Shown here: positions 21,401 through 35,300 of the stretch, in pieces
How the letters are laid out: the number at the start of each line of letters is the position of its first letter
Numbering within the stretch: the stretch's first letter is position 1
Made by a program: the position numbers and the translations under genes
NCBI GenBank assembly: GCA_950097015.1
Contig: CATNEN010000025.1
Location: 2,914,001-2,978,000, forward strand
Reading direction: 5' to 3'
DNA from: Macrostomum hystrix
Taxonomy: Eukaryota > Animalia > Platyhelminthes
DNA: 64,000 bases
Notes under the pieces: generated by a model
The model's input: the letters and a program-made list of their open reading frames with translations, nothing else
Databases searched by the model: none
Told to the model about the DNA's origin: nothing

Positions 21401-23529
21401 ACACAGAGAGACAGAGACACAGAGAGACAGAGACACAGAGAGACAGAGACACAGAGAGACAAAGAGACAGAGACACAGAGAGACAGAGACACAGAGAGAC
21501 AAAGAGACAGAGACACAGAGAGACAGAGACAGAGAGACAGAGAGACAGAGAGACAGAGACACAGAGAGACAGAGACACAGAGAGACAGAGACAGAGAGAC
21601 AGAGACACAGAGAGACAGAGACACAGAGAGACAAAGAGACAGAAACACAGAGACACAGAGAGACAGAGACAGAGAGACAGAGACACAGAGAGACAGAGAC
21701 ACAGAGAGACAAAGAGACAGAGACACAGAGAGACAGAGAGACAGAGACAGAGAGACAGAGACACAGAGAGACAGAGACACAGAGAGACAAAGAGACAGAG
21801 ACACAGAGAGACAGAGACACAGAGAGACAAAGAGACAGAGACACAGAGAGACAGAGACAGAGAGACAGAGAGACAGAGAGACAGAGACACAGAGAGACAG
21901 AGACACAGAGAGACAGAGACACAGAGAGACAGAGACACAGAGAGACAGAGACACAGAGAGATGCAGGGACACAGAGAGACAGAGAGACAGAGACACAGAG
22001 AGACAGAGACACAGAGAGACAAAGAGACAGAGACACAGAGAGACAGAGAGACAAAGAGACAGAGACACAGAGAGACAGAGAGACAGAGACACAGAGAGAC
22101 AGAGACACAGAGAGACAGAGACACAGAGAGACAGAGACACAGAGAGACAGAGACACAGAGAGACAAAGAGACAGAGACACAGAGAGACAGAGACACAGAG
22201 AGACAAAGAGACAGAGACACAGAGAGACAGAGACACAGAGAGACAGAGAGACAGAGACACAGAGAGACAGAGACAGAGAGACAGAGAGACAGAGAGACAG
22301 AGACACAGAGAGACAGAGACACAGAGAGACAGAGACACAGAGAGACAGAGACACAGAGAGACAGAGACACAGAGAGACAGAGACACAGAGAGACAGAGAC
22401 ACAGAGAGACAGAGACACAGGGAGACAGAGAGACAGAGACACAGAGAGACAGAGAGACAGAAACACAGAGAGACAGAGACATAGACACAGAGAGACAGAG
22501 ACAGAGAGACAGAGACACAGAGAGACAGAGACACAGAGAGACAAAGAGACAGAGACACAGAGAGACAGAGACACAGAGAGACAGAGACACAGAGAGACAG
22601 AGACACAGAGACACAGAGAGACAGAGACACAGAGAGACAGAGACACAGAGAGACAGAGACACAGAGAGACAGAGACACAGAGAGACAGAGACACAGAGAG
22701 ACAGAGACACAGAGAGACAGAGACACAGAGAGACAGAGACACAGAGAGACAGAGACACAGAGAGACAGAGACACAGAGAGACAGAGACACAGAGAGACAG
22801 AGACACAGAGAGACAGAGACACAGAGAGACAGAGACACAGAGAGACAGAGACACAGAGAGACAGAGACACAGAGAGACAGAGACACAGAGAGACAGAGAC
22901 ACAGAGAGACAGAGACATAGACACAGAGAGACAGAGACAGAGAGACAGAGACACAGAGAGACAGAGACACAGAGAGACAAAGAGACAGAGACACAGAGAG
23001 ACAGAGACACAGAGAGACAAAGAGACAGAGACACAGAGAGACAGAGACACAGAGAGACAGAGACACAGAGAGACAGAGACACAGAGAGACAGAGAGACAA
23101 AGAGACAGAGACACAGAGAGACAGAGACACAGAGAGACAGAGACACAGAGAGACAGAGACACAGAGAGACAGAGACACAGAGAGACAGAGACACAGAGAG
23201 ACAGAGACACAGAGAGACAGAGACACAGAGAGACAGAGACACAGAGAGTCAGAGACACAGAGAGACAGAGACACAGAGAGACAGAGACACAGAGAGACAG
23301 AGACACAGAGAGACAGAGACACAGAGAGACAGAGACACAGAGACACAGAGACAGGGAGAGACAGAGAGACAGAGACATAGAGAGACAGAGACACAGAGAG
23401 ACAGAGACACAGAGAGACAGAGACACAGAGAGACAGAGAGACAGAGACACAGAGAGACAGAGAGACAGAGAGACACAGACACAGAGAGACAGAGAGACAG
23501 AGACAGAGAGACAGGGACACAGAGACAGA
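18469..23529. repeat. 5.06-kb compound (AG/AC) satellite, 16-bp core AGAGACACAGAGAGAC with 6- and 8-bp modules
   Basis: Almost no T on the plus strand, so stop codons are absent in several frames. It is homogeneous 16-mers at about 22.3-23.3 kb and mixed modules elsewhere. Confidence 0.97.
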
Positions 23530-24143
23530 AATACTCGTATGTTAGTCTACCCAAGGAAGGGGTCATTGTACCGATGGACAGGCCGCTGTTGAAATACAGA
23601 GTCGCAGGTCAGTGAACAGGGAAATGAAGAAGTAGGACGGAGCAGCAAGACCTGTATTGCTGCGACATTGCTGCAAAATAACAGCCCACAAGATAGATGG
23701 CTCTTCAAGCCCCTGAAACGGCTAATTTGTTATTCTTGCTGCAATATTGAATTCACCCCCTACTTAGACTGCTCACAAAACCTGACTTTTTTCCAAGGAT
23801 AATAGCTGATTGATGAGCAGTAGTGAAAATGAATGGGAGCCTCTGCACCCACCATAAAAGTGCAGGTAAATAGCTTGGTTATTAACAAAGTTAGAGCGGA
23901 TGCCAATGAGTTGGCTTGATGGACGTGCTAAATGAGAATGAGATAGGAGCCGTTGGATTTGAGACTGAACGCCCATTCACCCTTTTGTGAATAATTTTTT
24001 CTAATTTTTTCTTGAAATTTTCGTCTGTGTTCATCATACGCGTGAAAGTTATTGAAAGTTAACATGGTAATGATTTATGTTTAAAAAAACCATTATTTCA
24101 ATACGCCATTACATTAGAACTTATACTTTTTAGTAGATGACTA

Positions 24144-24163
24144 CTCTACTTACCGAAGTAGAG
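24144..24163. other. Perfect 8-bp hairpin next to the 27-bp array
   Basis: CTCTACTT-ACCG-AAGTAGAG, followed by CATAAC and a T run. Confidence 0.6.
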
Positions 24164-24186
24164 CATAACATTTTTTATCTACAATT

Positions 24187-25440
24187 CATCCATCACTGAC
24201 ACAAATTAACTGACACCCATCACTGAGATAAATTAACTGACATCCATCACTGACACAAACTAACTGACATCCATCACTGACACAAACTAACTGACATCCA
24301 TCACTGACACAAATTACTGACATCCATCACTGACACAAACTAACTGACATCCATCACTGACACAAACTAACTGACATCCATCACTGACACAAACTAACTG
24401 ACATCCATCACTGACACAAACTAACTGACATCCATCACTGACACGCATTTAGTGACATCCATCACTGACACAAATTAACTGACATCCATCACTGACACAA
24501 ATTAACTAACATCCATCACTGACACAAATTAACTGACATCCATCACTGAAAAAAAATAACTGACATCCATCACTGACATAAATTAACTGACATCCATCAC
24601 TGACACGTATTTAGTGACATCCATCACTGACACAAATTAACTGACATCCATCACTGACACGCATTTAGTGACATCCAACACTGACACAAATTGACTGACA
24701 TCCATCACTGACACAAATTGACTGACATCCATCACTGACACAAATTAACTGACATCCATCACTGACACAAACTAACTGACATCCATCACTGACACAAACT
24801 AACTGACATCCATCACTGACACGCATTTAGTGACATTCATCACTGACACAAATTAACTGACATCCATCACTGACACAAATTGACTGACATCCATCACTGA
24901 CACAAATTAACTGACATCCATCACTGACACAAATTAACTGACATCCATCACTGACACAAACTAACTGACATCCATCACTGACACAAATTACTGACATCCA
25001 TCACTGACACAAACTAACTGACATCCATCACTGACACAAATTAACTGACATCCATCACTGAAAAAATTAACTGACATCCATCACTGACATAAATTAACTG
25101 ACATCCATCACTGACACGCATTTAGTGACATCCATCACTGACACGCATTTACTGACATCCATCACTGACACGCATTTACTGACATCCATCACTGACACGC
25201 ATTTACTGACATCCATCACTGACACAAATTGACTGACACCATCACTGACATCCATCACTGACACAAATTGACTGACACCATCACTGACACCCATCACCCA
25301 TCACTGACATTACTGACAACCATTTACGGACACTTATCACTGACACCCCCATTTACTGACAACCATTACTGACACCAATTACTGACACCCATTACTGACA
25401 CCCATACGGACACTAGCTAATGGCACAAATTACTGACAAA
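24187..25440. repeat. 27-bp minisatellite (TGACATCCATCACTGACACAAACTAAC) with a degenerate 13-14-bp monomer tail
   Basis: About 41 regular units up to about 25290, then ACTGACACCCATT-like monomers. Confidence 0.96.
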
Positions 25441-26337
25441 CAGATTGAGCTAGCATTAGTTCACTCATGTTCAGATTATAAAATTCGTTTAAGCTACTCG
25501 TTAATCAGTAGCTGAACCGTGTGGCTGAAATATTTTTTAAAGGCATACAGAGAAGTAGCATAGACTGTGAAATCCAGTTTTTGCTCCTCAAAGTCAACTG
25601 GATTTTTGTATCATTTTAACTTTTCAATGCTAATTTGTCTGCTTCTACTCACTTAAAGTAAATTTTCAGCATCCCCTTTTGGGCGAAGCAACTTCCCAGT
25701 ATGGGAACAGTTAACCCTTCAACTTTTGCCCCGAATCCCACCGAGTTGGCATGTCTTTCTTCATGACTGAACAACTGCAAAATGGGCATCTGTTTCAAGC
25801 ATGTTAACTTCGCTAAACAGTAATTCGCTTTGACAAATAGGTCTGGGTGAATCACGCGTATTGTAAGGAGTCTTGTTAAAAAATGGACATTTGTGAAACA
25901 GGCCGTCGGCTTCTGTGCAATTGTTCCCCAGGCCGCATAGAAACTGCGTAGCAACGGCTACATGGTGTCCTTGCAGCAACTCTCACGAGGATGATACTTA
26001 GTGTATGGCTCCGCCAAATCGACCAGACCGCTGTCTTACGGAGAGGAAAAGTTACAAAAATGGGATCTCCACTCTCAAGGGAAAAGAGAGGAAAAAATGG
26101 GACGTGTACTCGAGAGAAAAGGAGTGGCGGTGGGAGATCCCAATTTGCCATTAGCCCTAGCGGGACAGGGAGGTCACAGAGATTGTGAGGCTTCCGAATT
26201 TCAGCATCGTCACTTCCCCACTTCTTCTTCATTCTCTCGTCAATTATGGGATAATTTGAATGGGAAATCTAAAAAGGGACAATGAAGAAACAGTAGGTGC
26301 CAAAGGAATTAAAAATGGATATAAAAATTAAAGGCAC

Positions 26338-29300
26338 CTGACCCATTTAGAATGAGGGATCTGACCCAGTTAGAATGAGGGATCTGACCGAGTTAGAATG
26401 GGGGATCTGACCCAGTTAGAATGAGGGATGTGACCCATTTAGAATGAGGGATCTGACCCATTTAGAATGAGGGATCTGACCCATTTAGAATGAGGGATCT
26501 GACCCATTTAGAATAAGGGATCTGACCCATTTAGAATGAGGGATCTGACCCAGTTAGAATGAGGGATCTGACCCATTTAGAATGAGGGATCTGACCCATT
26601 TAGAATGAGGGATCTGACCCAGTTAGAATGAGGGATCTGACCCAGTTAGAATGCATGATCTGACCCATTTAGAATGAGGGATCTGACCCAGTTAGAATGA
26701 GGGATCTGACCCATTTAGAATGAGGGATCTGACCCATTTAGAATGAGGGATCTGACCCAGTTAGAATGAGGGATCTGACCCAGTTAGAATGAGGGATCTG
26801 ACCCATTTAGAATGAGGGATCTGACCCATTTAGAATGAGGGATCTGACCCATTTAGAATGAGGGATCTGACCCAGTTAGAATGAGGGATCTGACCCAGTT
26901 AGAATGAGGGATCTGACCCATTTAGAATAAGGGATCTGACCTATTTAGAATGAGGGATCTGACCCAGTTAGAATAAGGGATCTGACTCATTTAGAATGAG
27001 GGATCTGACCCAGTCAGAATAAGGGATCTGACCCATTTAGAATAAGGGATCTGACCCAGTTAGAATGAGGGATCTGACCCATTTAGAATGAGGGATCTGA
27101 CCCATTTAGAATAAGGGATCTGACCTATTTAGAATGAGGGATCTGACCCAGTTAGAATGAGGGATCTGACCCATTTAGAATGAGGGATCTGACCCATTTA
27201 GAATGAGGGATCTGACCCAGTTAGAATGAGGGATCTGACCCATTTAGAATAAGGGATCTGACCTATTTAGAATGAGGGATCTGACCCAGTTAGAATGAGG
27301 GATCTGACCCATTTAGAATGAGGGATCTGACCCAGTTAAAATGAGGGATCTGACCCATTTAGAATGAGGGATCTGACCCATTTAGAATGAGGGATCTGAC
27401 CCAGTTAGAATGAGGGATCTGACCCAGTTAGAATGAGGGATCTGACCCAGTTAGAATGAGGGATCTGACCCATTTAGAATGAGGGATCTGACCCAGTTAG
27501 AATGAGGGATCTGAACCATTTAGAATAAGGGATCTGACCTATTTAGAATGAGGGATCTGACCCAGTTAGAATGAGGGATCTGACCCATTTAGAATGAGGG
27601 ATCTGACCCAGTTAAAATGAGGGATCTGACCCATTTAGAATAAGGGATCTGACCTATTTAGAATGAGGGATCTGACCCATTTAGAATGAGGGATCTGAAC
27701 CATTTAGAATGAGGGATCTGACCCAGTTAGAATGAGGGATCTGACCTATTTAGAATGAGGGATCTGACCTATTTAGAATGAGGGATCTGACCCAGTTAGA
27801 ATGAGGGATCTGACCCAGTTAGAATGAGGGATCTGACCCATTTAGAATGAGGGATCTGACCCAGTTAGAATGAGGGATCTGAACCATTTAGAATAAGGGA
27901 TCTGACCTATTTAGAATGAGGGATCTGACCCAGTTAGAATGAGGGATCTGACCCATTTAGAATGAGGGATCTGACCCAGTTAAAATGAGGGATCTGACCT
28001 ATTTAGAATGAGGGATCTGACCCATTTAGAATGAGGGATCTGACCCAGTTAGAATAAGGGATCTGACCCATTTAGAATGAGGGATCTGACCCAGTTAAAA
28101 TGAGGGATCTGACCCATTTAGAATAAGGGATCTGACCTATTTAGAATGAGGGATCTGACCCATTTAGAATGAGGGATCTGACCCATTTAGAATGAGGGAT
28201 CTGACCCAGTTAGACTAAGGGATCTGACCCATTTAGAATGAGGGATCTGACCCATTTAGAATGAGGGATCTGACCCATTTAGAATGAGGGATCTGACCCA
28301 GTTAGAATAAGGGATCTGACCCATTTAGAATGAGGGATCTGACCCAGTTAAAATGAGGGATCTGACCCATTTAGAATAAGGGATCTGACCTATTTAGAAT
28401 GAGGGATCTGACCCATTTAGAATGAGGGATCTGACCCATTTAGAATGAGGATCTGACCCATTTAGAATGAGGGATCTGACCCATTTAGAATGAGGGATCT
28501 GACCCATTTAGAATGAGGATCTGACCCATTTAGAATGACGGATCTGACCTATTTAGAATGAGGGATCTGACCCATTTAGAATGAGGGATCTGACCCATTT
28601 AGAATGAGGGATCTGACCCAGTTAGAATAAGGGATCTGACCCATTTAGAATGAGGGATCTGACCCATTTAGAATGAGGGATCTGACCCATTTAGAATGAG
28701 GGATCTGACCCAGTTAGAATAAGGGATCTGACCCATTTAGAATGAGGGATCTGACCCAGTTAAAATGAGGGATCTGACCCATTTAGAATAAGGGATCTGA
28801 CCCATTTAGAATGAGGGATCTGACCCAGTTAAAATGAGGGATCTGACCCATTTAGAATGAGGGATCTGACCCATTTAGAATGAGGATCTGACCCATTTAG
28901 AATGAGGGATCTGACCCATTTAGAATGAGGGATCTGACCCATTTAGAATGAGGGATCTGACCCAGTTAAAATGAGGAATCTGACCCATTTAGAATAAGGG
29001 ATCTGACCTATTTAGAATGAGGGATCTGACCCATTTAGAATGAGGGATCTGAACCATTTAGAATGAGGGATCTGACCCAGTTAGAATGAGGGATCTGACC
29101 TATTTAGAATGAGGGATCTGACCTATTTAGAATGAGGGATCTGACCCAGTTAGAATGAGGGATCTGACCCAGTTAGAATGAGGGATCTGACCCATTTAGA
29201 ATGAGGGATCTGACCCAGTTAGAATGAGGGATCTGAACCATTTAGAATAAGGGATCTGACCTATTTAGAATGAGGGATCTGACCCAGTTAGAATGAGGGA

Positions 29301-32300
29301 TCTGACCCATTTAGAATGAGGGATCTGACCCAGTTAAAATGAGGGATCTGACCTATTTAGAATGAGGGATCTGACCCATTTAGAATGAGGGATCTGACCC
29401 AGTTAGAATAAGGGATCTGACCCATTTAGAATGAGGGATCTGACCCAGTTAAAATGAGGGATCTGACCCATTTAGAATAAGGGATCTGACCTATTTAGAA
29501 TGAGGGATCTGACCCATTTAGAATGAGGGATCTGACCCATTTAGAATGAGGGATCTGACCCAGTTAGAATAAGGGATCTGACCCATTTAGTATGAGGGAT
29601 CTGACCCATTTAGAATGAGGGATCTGACCCATTTAGAATGAGGGATCTGACCCAGTTAGAATAAGGGATCTGACCCATTTAGAATGAGGGATCTGACCCA
29701 GTTAAAATGAGGGATCTGACCCATTTAGAATAAGGGATCTGACCTATTTAGAATGAGGGATCTGACCCATTTAGAATGAGGGATCTGACCCATTTAGAAT
29801 GAGGATCTGACCCATTTAGAATGAGGGATCTGACCCATTTAGAATGAGGGATCTGACCCATTTAGAATGAGGATCTGACCCATTTAGAATGACGGATCTG
29901 ACCTATTTAGAATGAGGGATCTGACCCATTTAGAATGAGGGATCTGACCCATTTAGAATGAGGGATCTGACCCATTTAGAATGAGGGATCTGACCCAGTT
30001 AAAATGAGGAATCTGACCCATTTAGAATAAGGGATCTGACCTATTTAGAATGAGGGATCTGACCCATTTAGAATGAGGGATCTGAACCATTTAGAATGAG
30101 GGATCTGACCCAGTTAGAATGAGGGATCTGACCTATTTAGAATGAGGGATCTGACCTATTTAGAATGAGGGATTTGACCCAGTTAGAATGAGGGATCTGA
30201 CCCAGTTAGAATGAGGGATCTGACCCATTTAGAATGAGGGATCTGACCCAGTTAGAATGAGGGATCTGAACCATTTAGAATAAGGGATCTGACCTATTTA
30301 GAATGAGGGATCTGACCCAGTTAGAATGAGGGATCTGACCCATTTAGAATGAGGGATCTGACCCAGTTAAAATGAGGGATCTGACCTATTTAGAATGAGG
30401 GATCTGACCCATTTAGAATGAGGGATCTGACCCAGTTAGAATAAGGGATCTGACCCATTTAGAATGAGGGATCTGACCCAGTTAAAATGAGGGATCTGAC
30501 CCATTTAGAATAAGGGATCTGACCTATTTAGAATGAGGGATCTGACCCATTTAGAATGAGGGATCTGACCCATTTAGAATGAGGGATCTGACCCAGTTAG
30601 AATAAGGGATCTGACCCATTTAGTATGAGGGATCTGACCCATTTAGAATGAGGGATCTGACCTATTTAGAATGAGGGATCTGACCCAGTTAGAATTAGGG
30701 ATCTGACCCATTTAGAATGAGGGATCTGACCCAGTTAAAATGAGGGATCTGACCCATTTAGAATAAGGGATCTGACCTATTTAGAATGAGGGATCTGACC
30801 CATTTAGAATGAGGGATCTGACCCATTTAGAATGAGGGATCTGACCCATTTAGAATGAGGATCTGACCCATTTAGAATGAGGGATCTGACCCATTTAGAA
30901 TGAGGGATCTGACCCATTTAGAATGAGGATCTGACCCATTTAGAATGAGGGATCTGACCTATTTAGAATGAGGGATCTGACCCATTTAGAATGAGGGATC
31001 TGACCCATTTAGAATGAGGGATCTGACCCAGTTAGAATAAGGGATCTGACCCATTTAGAATGAGGGATCTGACCCATTTAGAATGAGGGATCTGACCCAT
31101 TTAGAATGAGGGATCTGACCCAGTTAGAATAAGGGATCTGACCCATTTAGAATGAGGGATCTGACCCAGTTAAAATGAGGGATCTGACCCATTTAGAATA
31201 AGGGATCTGACCCATTTAGAATGAGGGATCTGACCCAGTTAAAATGAGGGATCTGACCCATTTAGAATGAGGGATCTGACCCATTTAGAATGAGGATCTG
31301 ACCCATTTAGAATGAGGGATCTGACCCAGTTAGAATAAGGGATCTGACCCATTTAGAATGAGGGATCTGACCCAGTTAAAATGAGGGATCTGACCCATTT
31401 AGAATAAGGGATCTGACCTATTTAGAATGAGGGATCTGACCCATTTAGAATGAGGGATCTGACCCATTTAGAATGAGGATCTGACCCATTTAGAATGAGG
31501 GATCTGACCCATTTAGAATGAGGGATCTGACCCATTTAGAATGAGGATCTGACCCATTTAGAATGACGGATCTGACCTATTTAGAATGAGGGATCTGACC
31601 CATTTAGAATGAGGGATCTGACCCATTTAGAATGAGGGATCTGACCCATTTAGAATGAGGGATCTGACCCAGTTAAAATGAGGAATCTGACCCATTTAGA
31701 ATAAGGGATCTGACCTATTTAGAATGAGGGATCTGACCCATTTAGAATGAGGGATCTGAACCATTTAGAATGAGGGATCTGACCCAGTTAGAATGAGGGA
31801 TCTGACCTATTTAGAATGAGGGATCTGACCTATTTAGAATGAGGGATCTGACCCAGTTAGAATGAGGGATCTGACCCAGTTAGAATGAGGGATCTGACCC
31901 ATTTAGAATGAGGGATCTGACCCAGTTAGAATGAGGGATCTGAACCATTTAGAATAAGGGATCTGACCTATTTAGAATGAGGGATCTGACCCAGTTAGAA
32001 TGAGGGATCTGACCCATTTAGAATGAGGGATCTGACCCAGTTAAAATGAGGGATCTGACCTATTTAGAATGAGGGATCTGACCCATTTAGAATGAGGGAT
32101 CTGACCCAGTTAGAATAAGGGATCTGACCCATTTAGAATGAGGGATCTGACCCAGTTAAAATGAGGGATCTGACCCATTTAGAATAAGGGATCTGACCTA
32201 TTTAGAATGAGGGATCTGACCCATTTAGAATGAGGGATCTGACCCATTTAGAATGAGGGATCTGACCCAGTTAGAATAAGGGATCTGACCCATTTAGTAT

Positions 32301-35300
32301 GAGGGATCTGACCCATTTAGAATGAGGGATCTGACCTATTTAGAATGAGGGATCTGACCCAGTTAGAATTAGGGATCTGACCCATTTAGAATGAGGGATC
32401 TGACCCAGTTAAAATGAGGGATCTGACCCATTTAGAATAAGGGATCTGACCTATTTAGAATGAGGGATCTGACCCATTTAGAATGAGGGATCTGACCCAT
32501 TTAGAATGAGGGATCTGACCCATTTAGAATGAGGATCTGACCCATTTAGAATGAGGGATCTGACCCATTTAGAATGAGGGATCTGACCCATTTAGAATGA
32601 GGATCTGACCCATTTAGAATGAGGGATCTGACCTATTTAGAATGAGGGATCTGACCCATTTAGAATGAGGGATCTGACCCATTTAGAATGAGGGATCTGA
32701 CCCAGTTAGAATAAGGGATCTGACCCATTTAGAATGAGGGATCTGACCCATTTAGAATGAGGGATCTGACCCATTTAGAATGAGGGATCTGACCCAGTTA
32801 GAATAAGGGATCTGACCCATTTAGAATGAGGGATCTGACCCAGTTAAAATGAGGGATCTGACCCATTTAGAATAAGGGATCTGACCCATTTAGAATGAGG
32901 GATCTGACCCAGTTAAAATGAGGGATCTGACCCATTTAGAATGAGGGATCTGACCCATTTAGAATGAGGATCTGACCCATTTAGAATGAGGGATCTGACC
33001 CATTTAGAATGAGGGATCTGACCCATTTAGAATGAGGATCTGACCCATTTAGAATGAGGATCTGACCCATTTAGAATGAGGGATCTGACCCATTTAGAAT
33101 GAGGGATCTGACCCAGTTAGAATGAGGGATCTGACCCATTTAGAATGAGGGATCTGACCCATTTAGAATGAGGGATCTGGCCCATTTAGAATGAGGGATC
33201 TGACCCATTTAGAATGAGGATCTCACCCAGTTAGAATGAGGATCTGACCCATTTAGAATGAGGGATCTGACCCATTTAGAATGAGGGATCTGACCCAGTT
33301 AGAATAAGGGATCTGACCCATTTAGTATGAGGGATCTGACCCATTTAGAATGAGGGATCTGACCCATTTAGAATGAGGGATCTGACCCAGTTAGAATTAG
33401 GGATCTGACCCATTTAGAATGAGGGATCTGACCCAGTTAAAATGAGGGATCTGACCCATTTAGAATGAGGGATCTGACCCATTTAGAATGAGGATCTGAC
33501 CCATTTAGAATGAGGGATCTGACCCATTTAGAATGAGGATCTGACCCATTTAGAATGAGGGATCTGACCCATTTAGAATGAGGGATCTGGCCCATTTAGA
33601 ATGAGGGATCTGACCCATTTAGAATGAGGATCTGACCCATTTAGAATGAGGGATCTGACCCATTTAGAATGAGGATCTGACCCATTTAGAATGAGGGATC
33701 TGACCCATTTAGAATGAGGGATCTGACCCATTTAGAATGAGGATCTGACCCATTTAGAATGAGGATCTGACCCATTTAGAATGAGGGATCTGGCCCATTT
33801 AGAATGAGGGATCTGGCCCATTTAGAATGAGGGATCTGACCCATTTAGAATGAGGATCTGACCCATTTAGAATGAGGGATCTGGCCCAGTTAGAATGAGG
33901 GATCTGACCCATTTAGAATGAGGGATCTGACCCATTTAGAATGAGGATCTGACCCATTTAGAATGAGGATCTGACCCATTTAGAATGAGGGATCTGGCCC
34001 AATTAGAATGAGGGATCTGACCCATTTAGAATGAGGGATCTGACCCAATTAGAGTGAGGATCTGACCCATTTAGAATGAGGATCTGACCCATTTAGAATG
34101 AGGGATCTGGCCCTTTTAGAATGAGGGATCTGACCCATTTAGAATGAGGGATCTGACCCATTTAGAATGAGGATCTGACCCATTTAGAATGAGGATCTGA
34201 CCTATTTAGAATGAGGGATCTGACCTATTTAGAATGAGGGATCTGACCCATTTAGAATGAGGGATCTGACCCATTTAGAATGAGGGATCTGACCCAATTA
34301 GAATGAGGGATCTGACCCAGTTAGAATGAGGGATCTGACCCATTTAGAATGAGGATCTGACCCATTTAGAATGAGGGATCTGACCCAGTTAGAATGAGGG
34401 ATCTGACCCATTTAGAATGAGGGATCTGACCCAGTTAGAATGAGGGATCTGACCCATTTAGAATGAGGATCTGACCCATTTAGAATGAGGGATCTGACCC
34501 AATTAGAATGAGGATCTGACCCATTTAGAATGAGGGATCTGACCCAGTTAGAATGAGGATCTGACCCATTTAGAATGAGGATCTGACCCAGTTAGAATGA
34601 GGGATCTGACCCATTTAGAATGAGGATCTGACCCATTTAGAATGAGGGATGTGACCCATTTAGAATGAGGGATCTGACCCTTTTAGAATGAGGGATCTGA
34701 CCCATTTAGAATGAGGATCTGACCCATTTAGAATGAGGGATCTGACCCAGTTAGAATGAGGATCTGACCCATTTAGAGTGAGGGATCTGACCCATTTAGA
34801 ATGAGGATCTGACCCATTTAGAATGAGGGATCTGGCCCAATTAGAGTGAGGTATCTGACCCATTTAGAATGAGGGATCTGACCCATTTAGAATGAGGATC
34901 TGACCCATTTAGAATGAGGGATCTGACCCATTTAGAATGAGGGATCTGACCCAGTTAGAATGAGGGATCTGACCCATTTAGAATGAGGATCTGACCTATT
35001 TAGAATGAGGGATCTGACCCATTTAGAATGAGGGATCTGACCCATTTAGAATGAGGGATCTGACCCAGTTAGAATAAGGGATCTGACCCATTTAGAATGA
35101 GGGATCTGACCCATTTAGAATGAGGGATCTGACCCATTTAGAATGAGGGATCTGACCCAGTTAGAATAAGGGATCTGACCCATTTAGAATGAGGGATCTG
35201 ACCCAGTTAAAATGAGGGATCTGACCCATTTAGAATAAGGGATCTGACCCATTTAGAATGAGGGATCTGACCCAGTTAAAATGAGGGATCTGACCCATTT

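Noticed and set aside
18410-23566. ORFs of 1,100-1,690 aa (SLSLCVSV / RDRETERQ)
   Set aside because: They come from a T-free/A-free satellite that cannot form stop codons. They are open on both strands in several frames and have no domain content.
25720-25770. Minus-strand peptide KKDMPTRWDS resembling the hAT transposase D-x-x-TRWNS motif
   Set aside because: It is a short motif in a frame closed by nearby stops, with no upstream CxxH motif and no TIRs found.
18100-25780. Possible third gene made of small minus-strand exons (candidate splice pairs near 18105-18235, 18311-18366, 23552-23586, 23859-23933 and 25652-25773)
   Set aside because: Individual splice sites look plausible, but I could not chain them into one open frame with a recognisable protein. 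RNA-seq would settle it.
26061-26142. 10-bp inverted repeat TGGGATCTCC / GGAGATCCCA upstream of the giant satellite
   Set aside because: Too short for its spacing to be significant, and there is no matching structure at the other end of the array.
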